A stretch of DNA of 64,000 nt from Waterburya sp. (GTDB taxonomy: Bacteria > Cyanobacteriota > Cyanobacteriia > Cyanobacteriales > Xenococcaceae). The notes under the pieces are model-generated. The model searched no databases and had not been told where the DNA came from. It saw only the letters and a list, made by a program, of their open reading frames with translations. Below are positions 1 to 8,758 of the stretch, one piece after another (within the stretch, counting starts at the first letter, position 1; each line of letters starts with the position of its first letter). Both the position numbers and the translations under genes were made by a program. The DNA lies in the NCBI GenBank assembly GCA_965217895.1, contig CBDCJV010000002.1, forward strand, positions 4,544,001 through 4,608,000, read 5' to 3'.

Positions 1-2
1 GA

Positions 3-3000
3 GTAAATGGTAACGATCTCGAATCGGTTACTGGCTATAATTTTCTATCTAATTTGCCAGAGTTATTACAAGATAATATTGAAGAAGCTGGGGTAAGTCC
101 TTCATTGACAGCACCTTTATTAGCAGAATCGGCAGAATTATCCACAATTGAGATTCCGAATACTACCGTCGGGCATAATAGTATCGCAAAAAATAGCACG
201 ATCAGTGTCAACATCCCATTCAACACCAGTCAAATCAGTCTTGATGAAAATAGCGTTGGTCAAGGTAACGTGTTCTATTCTGGCTCTACGCAAAGTAGCC
301 TTGGTGAAATTAACTCCGTGGAAAGTACACTCCATGATGACAGTATCGTCCATATTGGCTCTGTAAAAGATAGCTCCACGGACAAAAGACTCAGAGAAAT
401 GAGTTTCACTCAAGTCGGCATCGATGAAAATTCCTTCATAAATTTGAGTCCCGCTCAAGTCAGCCCTACTCAAATTAGCTCCAGTGAAGTTGACTTCTTC
501 GAGTTTAGCCCCACTGAGGTAGGCGTTGGTGAAATTGCTCCCACTCAGATTAGCGTTCCTAAAATCAGCCCCACTGAGGTAGGCGTTGGTGAAATTGCTC
601 CCACTCAGATTAGCGTTCCTAAAATCAGCCCGAATAATTCTAATCTCACTAAAATCTCTTTCGCCAGCAGCATATCTCCTGAGCAATTCTTCTCTGTCCA
701 TAATTCAACACCTAAAATTACTAATGTACTCAATAATAGCGCAACAAATATCTGGTCAGATTTACTCCAATCAGAAACACAGCTAGATATTGATTTCCAA
801 ATTACCGACTTACCCAAAGGACAACTAGCGTCAGCTACCATTACTGGCTTTGACGATGCTGGTAAACCCAACGCAGGAACAATCCTCATCGACCATGATG
901 CCAACGGGATCGGCTGGTTTATTGACGAAACACCACTAGATAATTCAGAATTTACTGCTCAAAATACAGACAGTTACCTACTCGCTGCCACCGAGTCTGA
1001 AGCTGATGGTAAGTACGATCTTCTAACTACCGTTCTCCACGAACTGGCTCACCTGTACGGTTTTATAGAAGGGTATTCAGGGTTTGACGATTTTGTGTCT
1101 GGGGAAAGGGAAAAGGTAAAAGGTGAAGGGAAAGAATCTGATACCTTTACCCCTGACCCCTTAACCTTTAACCAAGGCGAAACCTTATCTTTTGATGGCG
1201 AACACCTAGATAAATCCGTTCATCCTTACGATCTATTGAATACCCATCTCGCGCCAGGAATGCGTAAACTACCTTCCGAGCTAGACGTACAAATACTACA
1301 GGCTATTCTGGCTGAGTCAGACGGGGCGACTTTAAGACGGGGCGACGGGGAGAATTTGGAGGCATCTTTAACTTCAGATCCCTTGCTAGCTATCAATAAC
1401 GGCGACTTTGAGATATCTGACACCACTACCGATAGCTTTGCCTGGGATACTCGTGGTGCTAGCGGTATAGAAAACGGTCAAGCAGTACTGACAGAAAATT
1501 CTCCATTCTTAAGTAACTTCACCCAAACCTTTACCGTTCCTGAAGAGGCGAAAACAATTCAGTTTAAGTTAATCGAGACTCAACTAGGAGCGAGTGAATT
1601 AGCACCACCCGATGCTTTTGAGGTGGCTTTACTTGATGCCAACACCAATGAATCTCTAGTAACTGATACTGGCTTAACGGAAACAGATTCTCTACTCAAT
1701 ATCCAGAATGACGGCACGGCATACTTTAGCGATAAGGTAAGAATCGGCGGAGCAACATCGGGAGACATTATCGGACTCGATCGATCCCGCACCGTTACCG
1801 TAGATATCTCCGACCTTACTCCAGGTACAGAAGCCACACTCTACTTCGACCTGCTTGGCTTTGGTGATGTAGATAGCCGCGTGGTAATTGATGATGTACG
1901 CCTATCAGACCAAAATCTCTTACCGCCTACGGTAGTAGACGACACTGCTACGACTACTCAAGGACAATCTACCATTATTGATATCCTTGCCAATGATACA
2001 GACGATGATGGCGCGATCGCAACTGACTCAATTCAAATCGCCACCGAACCTACTAACGGTACAGTAACCGTTAATGATGACGGCACTGTCTCTTATACTC
2101 CAAGCGATCGCTTTGTTGGTACAGACAGCTTTACCTATACAGTCCAAGATAACGATACTCAATCCTCCGAAGCCGCTACGGTTAACATCACGGTAGAAAA
2201 TGCTGCGCCAGAGATTACCGAGGTTCAGATTCCCGATAACATTACTGAAGGAGATGAAGTTACACTGAAGGCGATCGCAACTGATGCAGGTAATGATGAA
2301 TTGACCTACACTTGGGAGTTTGGTGATGGCAGTCAAGCTGAGGGTCAAAGTGTAAATCGCACTTATGCAAACAACGGCACCTATGCAGGTTCGGTTACGG
2401 TAACAGATACCTTTGGCGGTAGCAATACCCAAACCTTTAAAGTAGTGGTTGAAAATGCTGCACCAGTAGTTGATGCAGGAGAAGATCGGACTGTTGATGA
2501 AGGAAGCAGTGTAGCCTTTACTGGCAGCTTTACCGATGCTGGCATCAACGATACCCACACAGTTACCTGGGACTTTGGCGATGGCTCTAATCAATTATCA
2601 ATAAACAATGAACAATTATCAATAGAACATACTTACACTGATGATGGGGAGTATATAGCGACTTATACAGTTACAGATAATGACGGTGCGGTAAGTAGCG
2701 ATGAGCTTACAGTTACCGTAAACAATGTAGCTCCTACCATTACTAATCTTACAGGTGATAGTTCAGTCAAAGAGGGCGATCGCGCCAACTTCTCTGCTTC
2801 TGCTACAGATCCAGGCTCTGACGAGCTATCTTACACTTGGGACTTCGGTGATGGAGAAACTGCTACAGGCACAGACGTTACTCACGCCTTTGCTCAAAAT
2901 GGCAACTATACCGTAACTGCTACAGTCACCGACGATGATGGAGCTTTTACAAATTCTACTCTTGAAGTAGTTGTCAATAATGTCGCTCCAGTAATTGAAA

Positions 3001-4721
3001 GCTTGACTGGTGATACAGAGGTTAATGAGGGCGATGTTGCTAACTTTAGCGCGATCGCCATTGATTCTGGCAACGATGAATTAACCTACAGTTGGGACTT
3101 CGGCGATGATAGCGAGGCTGTAACTGGTCGAGATGTAAATCATACCTTTTTTGATAACGGCGACTATATAGTAACCCTAACTGTTACAGATTCTGATGGA
3201 GCTTCCACTAGTCAAACATTAGATGTGGCAGTAAGTAATATAGCTCCTACTATTACCGAAGCCAGTGGCGATCGCATTATTAATGAAGGCGACACAGCTA
3301 GTTTTACTGCATCTGCGACCGACCCTGGCAATGACACCTTGACCTACACCTGGAATTTAGCTGACGGTACGGAATTAACGGGATCAAATGTATCTCATAC
3401 CTTCATCGAAGATGGGGAATATGATGTCAATCTCATCGTCACCGATGATGATGGTGCGACCGCCACACAGACTCTAACTATCACCGTCAATAACCTTGCT
3501 CCTGTAGTTAATGCAGGAGAAGATCGAGTTGGTGATGAGGGTAGCCCAGTCGCATTCAATGCCAGCTTTAGCGATCCTGGTATAGAAGATACTCATACAA
3601 TTGCCTGGGACTTCGGCGATGGTAATACAGTTACCGACACCTTGGATCCTACTCACGTTTATATCAACAATGGCGAATATGATGTCAGTCTGACTATTAC
3701 TGACGATGAAGGAGCAAGCACCACCAGTACTCTAAAGGTCACGGTAAATAACGTTACCCCGACGATTACATCTTTGACTGGTGATACAGAAATAAATGAA
3801 GGTGATGTGGCGAACTTTAGTGCCGTAGCTACTGACCCAGGAGCCGACGAACTTACATACACTTGGGACTTCGGCGATGGCACTACCCCAATAAACGGTC
3901 AAAACGCTACTTATCAATATCTGCAAGATGGGATATATAATACTACCCTTACCGTCTCAGATTCAGACGGTGCATCTACCAGCCAAACTACTCAAATTAC
4001 GGTCAATAATCTCCCTCCTACCGTCTCAGCTGGCAATAATCAAACGGTATACATCGGCGAAGCCGTCAACTTCAACGGCACCTTTGGCGATCGCGGTTCT
4101 CTCGATACCCACACCGTTACCTGGAACTTTGGTGACAACACCAGCACCAGCGCTACCAACAATCCCACCCATACCTATACGGCAGAGGGAATTTACACGG
4201 TTAATTACAGCGTCAGGGATGACAGGAATGCCAGTAGCAGCGATACCCTACAGCTAACGGTATTGAAGCTACCCACCCTATCGGTCAATGACATCAGCAT
4301 TGTCGAAGGGGATAGTGGCACGGCTAATGCCCTATTTACCGTTAGTCTAAATGAAGCCAGTACCCGTGCCGTGAAGGTTAATTACAGTACGGCTAACGGT
4401 ACGGCTACTGCTGGCTCTGACTATACAGCCACTTCAGGTACGCTGACCTTCAATCCAGGACAAACCAGTCAAACTGTAGCTGTTTCCGTCACAGGCGATC
4501 GCCTAGATGAAATCGATGAAAACTTCCGTCTCAATCTCACCAGTCCAGTTAATGCGACTATCGCCGATAACAGGGGCATGGCGACGATTATCGATAACGA
4601 TCCCGCTCCTAGCTTAACTATTAATGACTCCACTATTACCGAAGGCGACAATGGTACGAGCAATCTCACCTTTACCGTTAACCTCTCTGGGGCTAGTGGT
4701 AAAACCGTTACGGCTAATTAA
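3..4721 (+). CDS. Giant secreted/surface multidomain protein, 5'-partial and 3'-truncated by IS630: end of a DNA/RNA non-specific endonuclease-like domain, HExxH motif, cadherin-like domain, 8 PKD domains, Calx-beta
   Basis: Frame is open from base 3 (VNGNDLESVTGYNFLSNLPELLQDNIE, like the NucA-type C-terminus). It contains TTVLHELAHLYG, PPTVVDDTATT...DILANDTDDDG, eight W(D/E/N)FGD-type PKD motifs and Calx-beta (VNYSTANGTATAGSDY). The stop TAA is created by the IS630 end at 4719-4721. Confidence 0.9.
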   Translation, partial: VNGNDLESVTGYNFLSNLPELLQDNIEEAGVSPSLTAPLLAESAELSTIEIPNTTVGHNSIAKNSTISVNIPFNTSQISLDENSVGQGNVFYSGSTQSSLGEINSVESTLHDDSIVHIGSVKDSSTDKRLREMSFTQVGIDENSFINLSPAQVSPTQISSSEVDFFEFSPTEVGVGEIAPTQISVPKISPTEVGVGEIAPTQISVPKISPNNSNLTKISFASSISPEQFFSVHNSTPKITNVLNNSATNIWSDLLQSETQLDIDFQITDLPKGQLASATITGFDDAGKPNAGTILIDHDANGIGWFIDETPLDNSEFTAQNTDSYLLAATESEADGKYDLLTTVLHELAHLYGFIEGYSGFDDFVSGEREKVKGEGKESDTFTPDPLTFNQGETLSFDGEHLDKSVHPYDLLNTHLAPGMRKLPSELDVQILQAILAESDGATLRRGDGENLEASLTSDPLLAINNGDFEISDTTTDSFAWDTRGASGIENGQAVLTENSPFLSNFTQTFTVPEEAKTIQFKLIETQLGASELAPPDAFEVALLDANTNESLVTDTGLTETDSLLNIQNDGTAYFSDKVRIGGATSGDIIGLDRSRTVTVDISDLTPGTEATLYFDLLGFGDVDSRVVIDDVRLSDQNLLPPTVVDDTATTTQGQSTIIDILANDTDDDGAIATDSIQIATEPTNGTVTVNDDGTVSYTPSDRFVGTDSFTYTVQDNDTQSSEAATVNITVENAAPEITEVQIPDNITEGDEVTLKAIATDAGNDELTYTWEFGDGSQAEGQSVNRTYANNGTYAGSVTVTDTFGGSNTQTFKVVVENAAPVVDAGEDRTVDEGSSVAFTGSFTDAGINDTHTVTWDFGDGSNQLSINNEQLSIEHTYTDDGEYIATYTVTDNDGAVSSDELTVTVNNVAPTITNLTGDSSVKEGDRANFSASATDPGSDELSYTWDFGDGETATGTDVTHAFAQNGNYTVTATVTDDDGAFTNSTLEVVVNNVAPVIESLTGDTEVNEGDVANFSAIAIDSGNDELTYSWDFGDDSEAVTGRDVNHTFFDNGDYIVTLTVTDSDGASTSQTLDVAVSNIAPTITEASGDRIINEGDTASFTASATDPGNDTLTYTWNLADGTELTGSNVSHTFIEDGEYDVNLIVTDDDGATATQTLTITVNNLAPVVNAGEDRVGDEGSPVAFNASFSDPGIEDTHTIAWDFGDGNTVTDTLDPTHVYINNGEYDVSLTITDDEGASTTSTLKVTVNNVTPTITSLTGDTEINEGDVANFSAVATDPGADELTYTWDFGDGTTPINGQNATYQYLQDGIYNTTLTVSDSDGASTSQTTQITVNNLPPTVSAGNNQTVYIGEAVNFNGTFGDRGSLDTHTVTWNFGDNTSTSATNNPTHTYTAEGIYTVNYSVRDDRNASSSDTLQLTVLKLPTLSVNDISIVEGDSGTANALFTVSLNEASTRAVKVNYSTANGTATAGSDYTATSGTLTFNPGQTSQTVAVSVTGDRLDEIDENFRLNLTSPVNATIADNRGMATIIDNDPAPSLTINDSTITEGDNGTSNLTFTVNLSGASGKTVTAN
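138..701 (-). CDS. Pentapeptide repeat protein nested antisense within the giant gene
   Basis: Typical cyanobacterial N-cap MDREELLRRYAAGERDF, A(D/N)LSG-type pentapeptide repeats, typical C-terminus AIFCDTIMPDGSIRN. ATG start with AGGTG a few bases upstream. Confidence 0.85.
   Translation of the reverse strand: MDREELLRRYAAGERDFSEIRIIRADFRNANLSGSNFTNAYLSGADFRNANLSGSNFTNAYLSGAKLEEVNFTGANLSRADLSGTQIYEGIFIDADLSETHFSESFVRGAIFYRANMDDTVIMECTFHGVNFTKATLRRARIEHVTLTNAIFIKTDLTGVEWDVDTDRAIFCDTIMPDGSIRNLNCG
507..631. repeat. Exact 60-bp tandem duplication
   Basis: 507-566 is identical to 567-626, followed by a further AGCCC. Confidence 0.95.
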
Positions 4722-5815
4722 GTGGTCAAGCAAAATTAATTACACTGGTAAATAGAAAGTCAAAACGAGAGTGAAAAGAGTGCATTTAGAGGGAAAACTG
4801 AGTTCAGAAACAGTCAAAATATTATGGCGATTGTATCGTCAACACCGCGATTAGAGAGGCTTTCTGACCGAAAGCCTCTCTCGCGGCCAAAGTAAAAACT
4901 ATCAAGTAAGAGCTAGAGCGCACTGTATATTGCTGATCGACTCAAGATACGAGCTGGAAGAACTAATTGAAATCTTTGGAGTTAGCCGAAAAACAATATA
5001 CAACTGGAAAAATAACTGGTCAAAGTACAAATTAGTAGGTTTGTATAATCGGCTTGGAAGAGGAAGAAAAGAAATTTTTAGTACGCCACAAAAACAGCAG
5101 ATTAAAAAGTGGGTTACACAAAATCCGAAAAACCTTAAGCAGGTAATTGAAAAAATCAGAGAAGAATGGGGAATAGTTGCTAGCAAAGACACAGTTAAAA
5201 GAATTCTAAAATGTCTGGCAATGAAATGGAAGAGAGTGAGAAAAGTAACCAATGGGCAACCAGACAAAAAGATGTACGAAGTCAAAAAGCAAATTCTCAA
5301 AGCTTTACAAAGGTTATCACAGCAGGGAAGTATAGATTTAAGCTATTTGGACGAAACAGGATTCTGTCTCACTCCTTATGTTCCCTACGCTTGGCAAGAA
5401 ACAAAACAGCAAGTGGGAATAGATAGCAAACAAAGTAAACGACTAAATATTCTAGGTCTTTTAAATAGAGAAAACGAGTTATATTCTTACATTAGTGAAG
5501 TAGTAATTAAATTTTTGGATTTATATGTTCAACAAATCAACAAATCCACGGTAGTAGTTTTAGACAATGCCCCCATTCATCGCTCACTAGCATTTCGGAA
5601 AAAGATAGCACAATGGCGTAAGCAGAAAATGGAAATCTTTTGGTTGCCAACCTATTCTCCTCAACTGAACTTAATAGAAATTTTGTGGCGATTTATGAAA
5701 TATGAATGGATCGAAGCTCAAGCTTACACAAGCTGGAAGCATTTAACTCATCACGTCGAACATATTTTGCGAGATTTCGGCGATCGCTATGTAATTAATT
5801 TTGCATAGGTACTTA
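4719..5815 (+). mobile_element. IS630-family insertion sequence
   Basis: Imperfect terminal inverted repeats TAAGTGGTCAAGCAAAATTAATTACA / TGTAATTAATTTTGCATAGGTACTTA with TA at both ends, enclosing a transposase. Confidence 0.9.
4771..5808 (+). pseudogene. IS630 transposase interrupted by a 48-bp hairpin insertion
   Basis: Motifs LDETGF, LDNAPIH, YSPQLNLIE. The N-terminus from GTG 4771 (..SSETVKILWRLYRQ|SKNYQVRARAHCILL) is broken by an in-frame TAG at 4852 inside the insert. Confidence 0.8.
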
Positions 5816-7989
5816 TAGTAGGTAATCCCTCGACCACGATTAAAATATTTACTGTTTGCCCCTGCATTGAGAGTCTGTACGGGAACGACAAAGCGCCTTC
5901 CATCGGCGGAAGCTACTTCACCACCACCCCAGCTTTGGACGATGGAAATCTTAGTTTGGGCATCAACTAACCGCGCATTAGCTTTGGTGACAGTATCAGG
6001 GCGAAAATAATTTTGTTCCACCCAGGATAAGCGTCCTCTCGTAAGTGCAGGAATTCTTTTTCTCACCAAGGGCGACAGTCCAATATTACAACCTTGAGCA
6101 ATAAGCACCGCACAGATGCTAGTTGAAAGATCTTTAACCTTGGCAAAACTTTCATTAAGATGGGTAAATTCGTCCATAAAACCCGTCTTGGCATTGATTT
6201 CCAACAAGACTTCGGGAAGATCGACTTGAGGTAATAGAGATTCAACTTTATCCCTCAAATTTAGATAACTTTTTGGGTCATCTAACTTATCCAGATTTCT
6301 GATGGTAAGGGTTTCTTTACCCTTGAGGTCTACTTCGATTCTGACTTCTGAGTTTTGAGGTAGGTTTGACGCAGTTTTAGTATAGGCTTGGTTTAACTGC
6401 TCCTGTAATACTTTCAGTTCTGGTTCTGGCTTGGAATTGAGTTCTAAAGTCCGACAGACCGATGTTCGTGCTGATTCCCATGCTTTTCCTTTGAGGAGCT
6501 TGGCACGAGGATTACTCCATCTTTCTCCCTTGGAAACAAACAAGTCGCGACGGCGTAATCCTTCCAATAACTGTCCGAGAACGCAGAAAGTGTATGCCCG
6601 ACGATCAATATCACCATCAGAGTTGACTACCCAAACAGCCCATTTTTTATCAACTATCTTTAAAGGCGCAGCATCCATTTTAGGGTTTCTTTTACCTTCA
6701 ATAGATTGGAGGAATTGCCATGCTTCGAGGGTTTTTTGACCAGCCTGATTACCTTCAAAATCAATGATTGAAAGTAGTTTGGGAAGAAAGCGACGAACCG
6801 AACGCCATTGCTTCAATAACTCGTCATAATAATTATCTTCTGGGGGACGAGCTATATCTTCGACATCAGTAATAGCTGAACTCAACTGTTCTGGAGTTAG
6901 CCGCTGCCAAACCTCTTCTCTAACTTGAGTATCTTCGGTAGCAGGATTAAGAAGAACTCTACAGGCTGTGGCTAGCTGCAACGCAGCAGCGTCTAGATCC
7001 CTGAGAGTTCTTAGGCGGTTTTTTCTCCCATCTGCTTGAGACTTAGCTAAAATATCTTTGACTAATAAATTCAGAACATCAAGAGCATCATCAATGGCGA
7101 TCGCTTCCATAACGTAAGCCCAGGCTACTAAAGTGGCAATTCTTCTTTCGGTAGACATTCGAGCAATCGCTTGCGCTCTGAGGGTAAAAGCAGTTTTAGA
7201 AAGAGCCTTGAAACGAATTGGTGGTATTTTACCTACATCTAATTTGTTGATGCCCAAAGCGCGAACTGTAACTAGACGATTTAAGGCATTAACCAAACTG
7301 GGCGCACTTTTCCTAGTAGGTGATTTTCTTAATTGTTCGAGAGGAGTAGTTCTGACTTTTTCTCCCACCACAATCAATGCTTCTAAATTCTCTATTTGCT
7401 TGGAATTGGGAAGCTTGGAGAGGATTTTCCAAGTGCGGTTAGCTACTCTTTCTCTAACTGCTGATATTAGTCGAGATAATACCGTTACTCCTGGCAGGAA
7501 GATTTTCTGTTCGACTAATCTAGCAGTGGTCAAATCAAACATCATTGAAGGACTTTCTCCACCTATCCAAGCCCTTTGATATAACCAACGAACTAAACGC
7601 CAGTGTCCTGGCTGCTCACTGAAATCACGATAGCCATAATGCCTCTTGATTACTAAGATATGTTCCCAGTGGGTATTGGTACGAAGCAAATATTGTGGCA
7701 AACAACTTATATCCACAATTTCTAGCTGAGATGCCAAATAATCAATCACTCCTTGAGGGACATCAATGGGATCGAGCAAAAACGTTCCTAAAAAGCGAAC
7801 CGTACACAATTGAATAGCAAAACCGAGTCGATTGTAGTCACCACGACGTTTCTGGACTAATTGTTTGGCAGCATCGTCAAGATGAAAGTAATGAGCTAAT
7901 TGAACAGAGGTTGGTTCGCCAACATAACGCCCATAACTATGTTGTTGTTCCGATGTAAGAAACCGAGATGACAAGCCCGAAAAATCCAA
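5816..7989 (-). pseudogene. tnpA: Tn3-family transposase, C-terminally truncated by IS630
   Basis: FLTSEQQHSYGRY, NRLGFAIQLCTVRFLG, WGGGEVASADG..FVVPV. Native sequence ends at GITYY, where the frame runs into the IS630 end. Confidence 0.88.
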
Positions 7990-8079
7990 TAATGTATCAT
8001 TAAAACTATAGTCTATTTGGTACGCTTAAAAGTAATGACACCGTAAGGGTTTTAACCGCCTTGGGACAGGAGGGTTTAA
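7990..8079. promoter_or_regulatory. Probable res site / divergent promoters between tnpA and tnpR
   Basis: Position between divergent tnpA and resolvase genes, as in Tn3-type elements. Subsites not mapped. Confidence 0.45.
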
Positions 8080-8694
8080 ATGGTACAGAAAGTGGCTATT
8101 TACTGTCGGGTTTCAACTACAGATCAATCTTGTTCTCGTCAGGAACTAGATCTAAAAGCTTATGCCAAGAAAGCAGGTTATGAAGTCGTTGGTGTTTGGA
8201 AAGAAACTGCTTCAGGTAGTAAAAATAATCGCCTTGAAAGAAAACAAGTTATGATATTAGCCCAGACTCGCAAAATTGATGGAGTATTAGTTACAGAACT
8301 AACTCGCTGGGGTCGCTCAACTATCGACCTAATTAGCACTTTACAGGATTTAGCTCACTGGGGGGTTTCGGTGATAGCTACGACGGGAATTCAGTTCGAT
8401 TTAACTACCCCTCAAGGAAAATTAATTGCTTCGGTAATGGCTTCATTGGCTGAGTTTGAAAGGGATTTAGTCAGAGAAAGAGTTTGTTCTGGCTTGGCTG
8501 CTGCGAAGACTAAGGGTAAAAAATTAGGTCGAAAACCAGGACAGAGAGTTAAAGCCGATAAGTTTGCCCCTAAAGTTTTGCAGATGGTTACGGAGGGTCA
8601 TTCTTATCGACATATAGCTCAGTCACTTCATTTAAGTAAGACAACTGTGAATGAAATTGTCAAACGTCATAGACGCGCAAATGTAACCCTCTAG
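8080..8694 (+). CDS. tnpR: Serine recombinase (resolvase/invertase) with C-terminal HTH
   Basis: YCRVST catalytic motif, LAEFERDLVRERV, GKKLGR, HTH at the C-terminus. Confidence 0.9.
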   Translation: MVQKVAIYCRVSTTDQSCSRQELDLKAYAKKAGYEVVGVWKETASGSKNNRLERKQVMILAQTRKIDGVLVTELTRWGRSTIDLISTLQDLAHWGVSVIATTGIQFDLTTPQGKLIASVMASLAEFERDLVRERVCSGLAAAKTKGKKLGRKPGQRVKADKFAPKVLQMVTEGHSYRHIAQSLHLSKTTVNEIVKRHRRANVTL

Positions 8695-8758
8695 TTCATC
8701 CTCAACCATGACGAATTCAAAAACTATCTATCAACTGAAAATCAGTCTCAGAGATATT

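Noticed and set aside
507..631. Repeat pair considered as a CRISPR array or a DGR template/variable repeat
   Set aside because: The copies are adjacent and identical, with no spacers, no adenine-specific mismatches, and no cas or reverse transcriptase gene in the window.
2028..2594. 188-aa antisense ORF within the PKD region, and other short antisense ORFs across the window
   Set aside because: No recognisable motifs or start signals. These look like shadow ORFs, unlike 138-701.
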